Shown one piece after another: positions 63,797 to 64,000 of a stretch of DNA of 64,000 nt (positions are counted from its first letter, which is position 1; each line of letters begins with the position of its first letter). The DNA lies in NCBI GenBank assembly GCA_002435865.1, contig DIWV01000002.1, forward strand, positions 127,370 to 191,369, given 5' to 3'. This DNA is from Cloacimonetes bacterium UBA6097 (GTDB taxonomy: Bacteria > Cloacimonadota > Cloacimonadia > Cloacimonadales > Cloacimonadaceae). The notes beneath the pieces are model-generated. The model was not told where the DNA came from, made no database searches, and saw only the letters and a program-made list of their open reading frames with translations. The position numbers were made by a program, and so were the translations under genes.

Positions 63797-64000
63797 CTAA
63801 TCATATCTTGATAATATTATTACACTATAAGGACCTATAGTAATCTCTGCTGAATATTTGAAACCATGTTTTCTGCTTTCTGAAGCAAACACATCCATAC
63901 TGGGATGATTACTGAAATCCCTGCCGTAACCATTCCAGTCGCTGTTGAAAAGCAATTTCCATTTACCCGGATGAGGAAATCCTATTTTATAATTGTACTG
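63797..64000 (-). CDS. 1,4-alpha-glucan branching enzyme-like (GH13) C-terminal fragment; 5' end outside window
   Basis: The hand-translated reverse strand gives ...QYNYKIGFPHPGKWKLLFNSDWNGYGRDFSNHPSMDVFASESRKHGFKYSAEITIGPYSVIILSRYD*. This resembles the GlgB C-terminal beta-sandwich (G.P.PGKW....N.D...YGG...HG...S..LT.PP...I.L). The stop is at 63797-63799. Confidence 0.6.
   Translation of the reverse strand, partial: QYNYKIGFPHPGKWKLLFNSDWNGYGRDFSNHPSMDVFASESRKHGFKYSAEITIGPYSVIILSRYD

Overview
This is a 64-kb window from a roughly 40% G+C bacterium. It looks like an FCB-superphylum lineage that uses type IX secretion (Cloacimonadota- or Bacteroidota-like). That placement is an inference from four Por_Secre_tail-type C-termini, a CarboxypepD_reg TonB-dependent receptor and DUF5683/DUF4249-like genes.

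The core of the window (12.4-26.7 kb, minus strand) is one long translation/transcription gene block: tRNA-Thr(UGU), tRNA-Tyr, tRNA-Gly, tRNA-Thr(GGU), tuf, rpmG, tRNA-Trp, secE, nusG, rplK, rplA, rplJ, rplL, rpoB, rpoC, rpsL, rpsG. The 49-aa rpmG is missing from the supplied ORF track. rpsG is followed by a terminator and not by fusA. The only EF-G-family gene (1393-3486) lies 9 kb further on and has degenerate domain IV tip loops.

The rest of the window holds:
- giant secreted or T9SS-sorted proteins (an M1 peptidase fusion, an FG-GAP propeller, an SBBP/PKD protein and others)
- two FGE-sulfatase-domain paralogues
- a TetR / TonB receptor / lipoprotein / outer-membrane barrel operon
- housekeeping genes (cyclophilin, MscS, HAD, YjbQ, QueH, acyl-CoA dehydrogenase, PpiD/SurA-like, BtpA, GlgB fragment)

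The most interesting locus is an AT-rich two-gene cassette at 27111-29460. It sits between the tRNA-tuf operon and a 1.3-kb gene-free repeat field. It encodes an EVE/PUA-like domain fused to a restriction-endonuclease-like domain, plus a protein with an RN-x5-H HEPN-type motif. I read this as a candidate modification-sensing defence pair that I cannot assign to a named system.

Second is a stand-alone classical AAA ATPase with an unrecognised Cys-rich N-domain (10677-12305).

Intergenic DNA is a mosaic of several dispersed short-repeat families, some with 11-nt periodicity. These explain most of the spurious ORFs in the track.

All domain calls are by-eye motif recognition. No searches were run.
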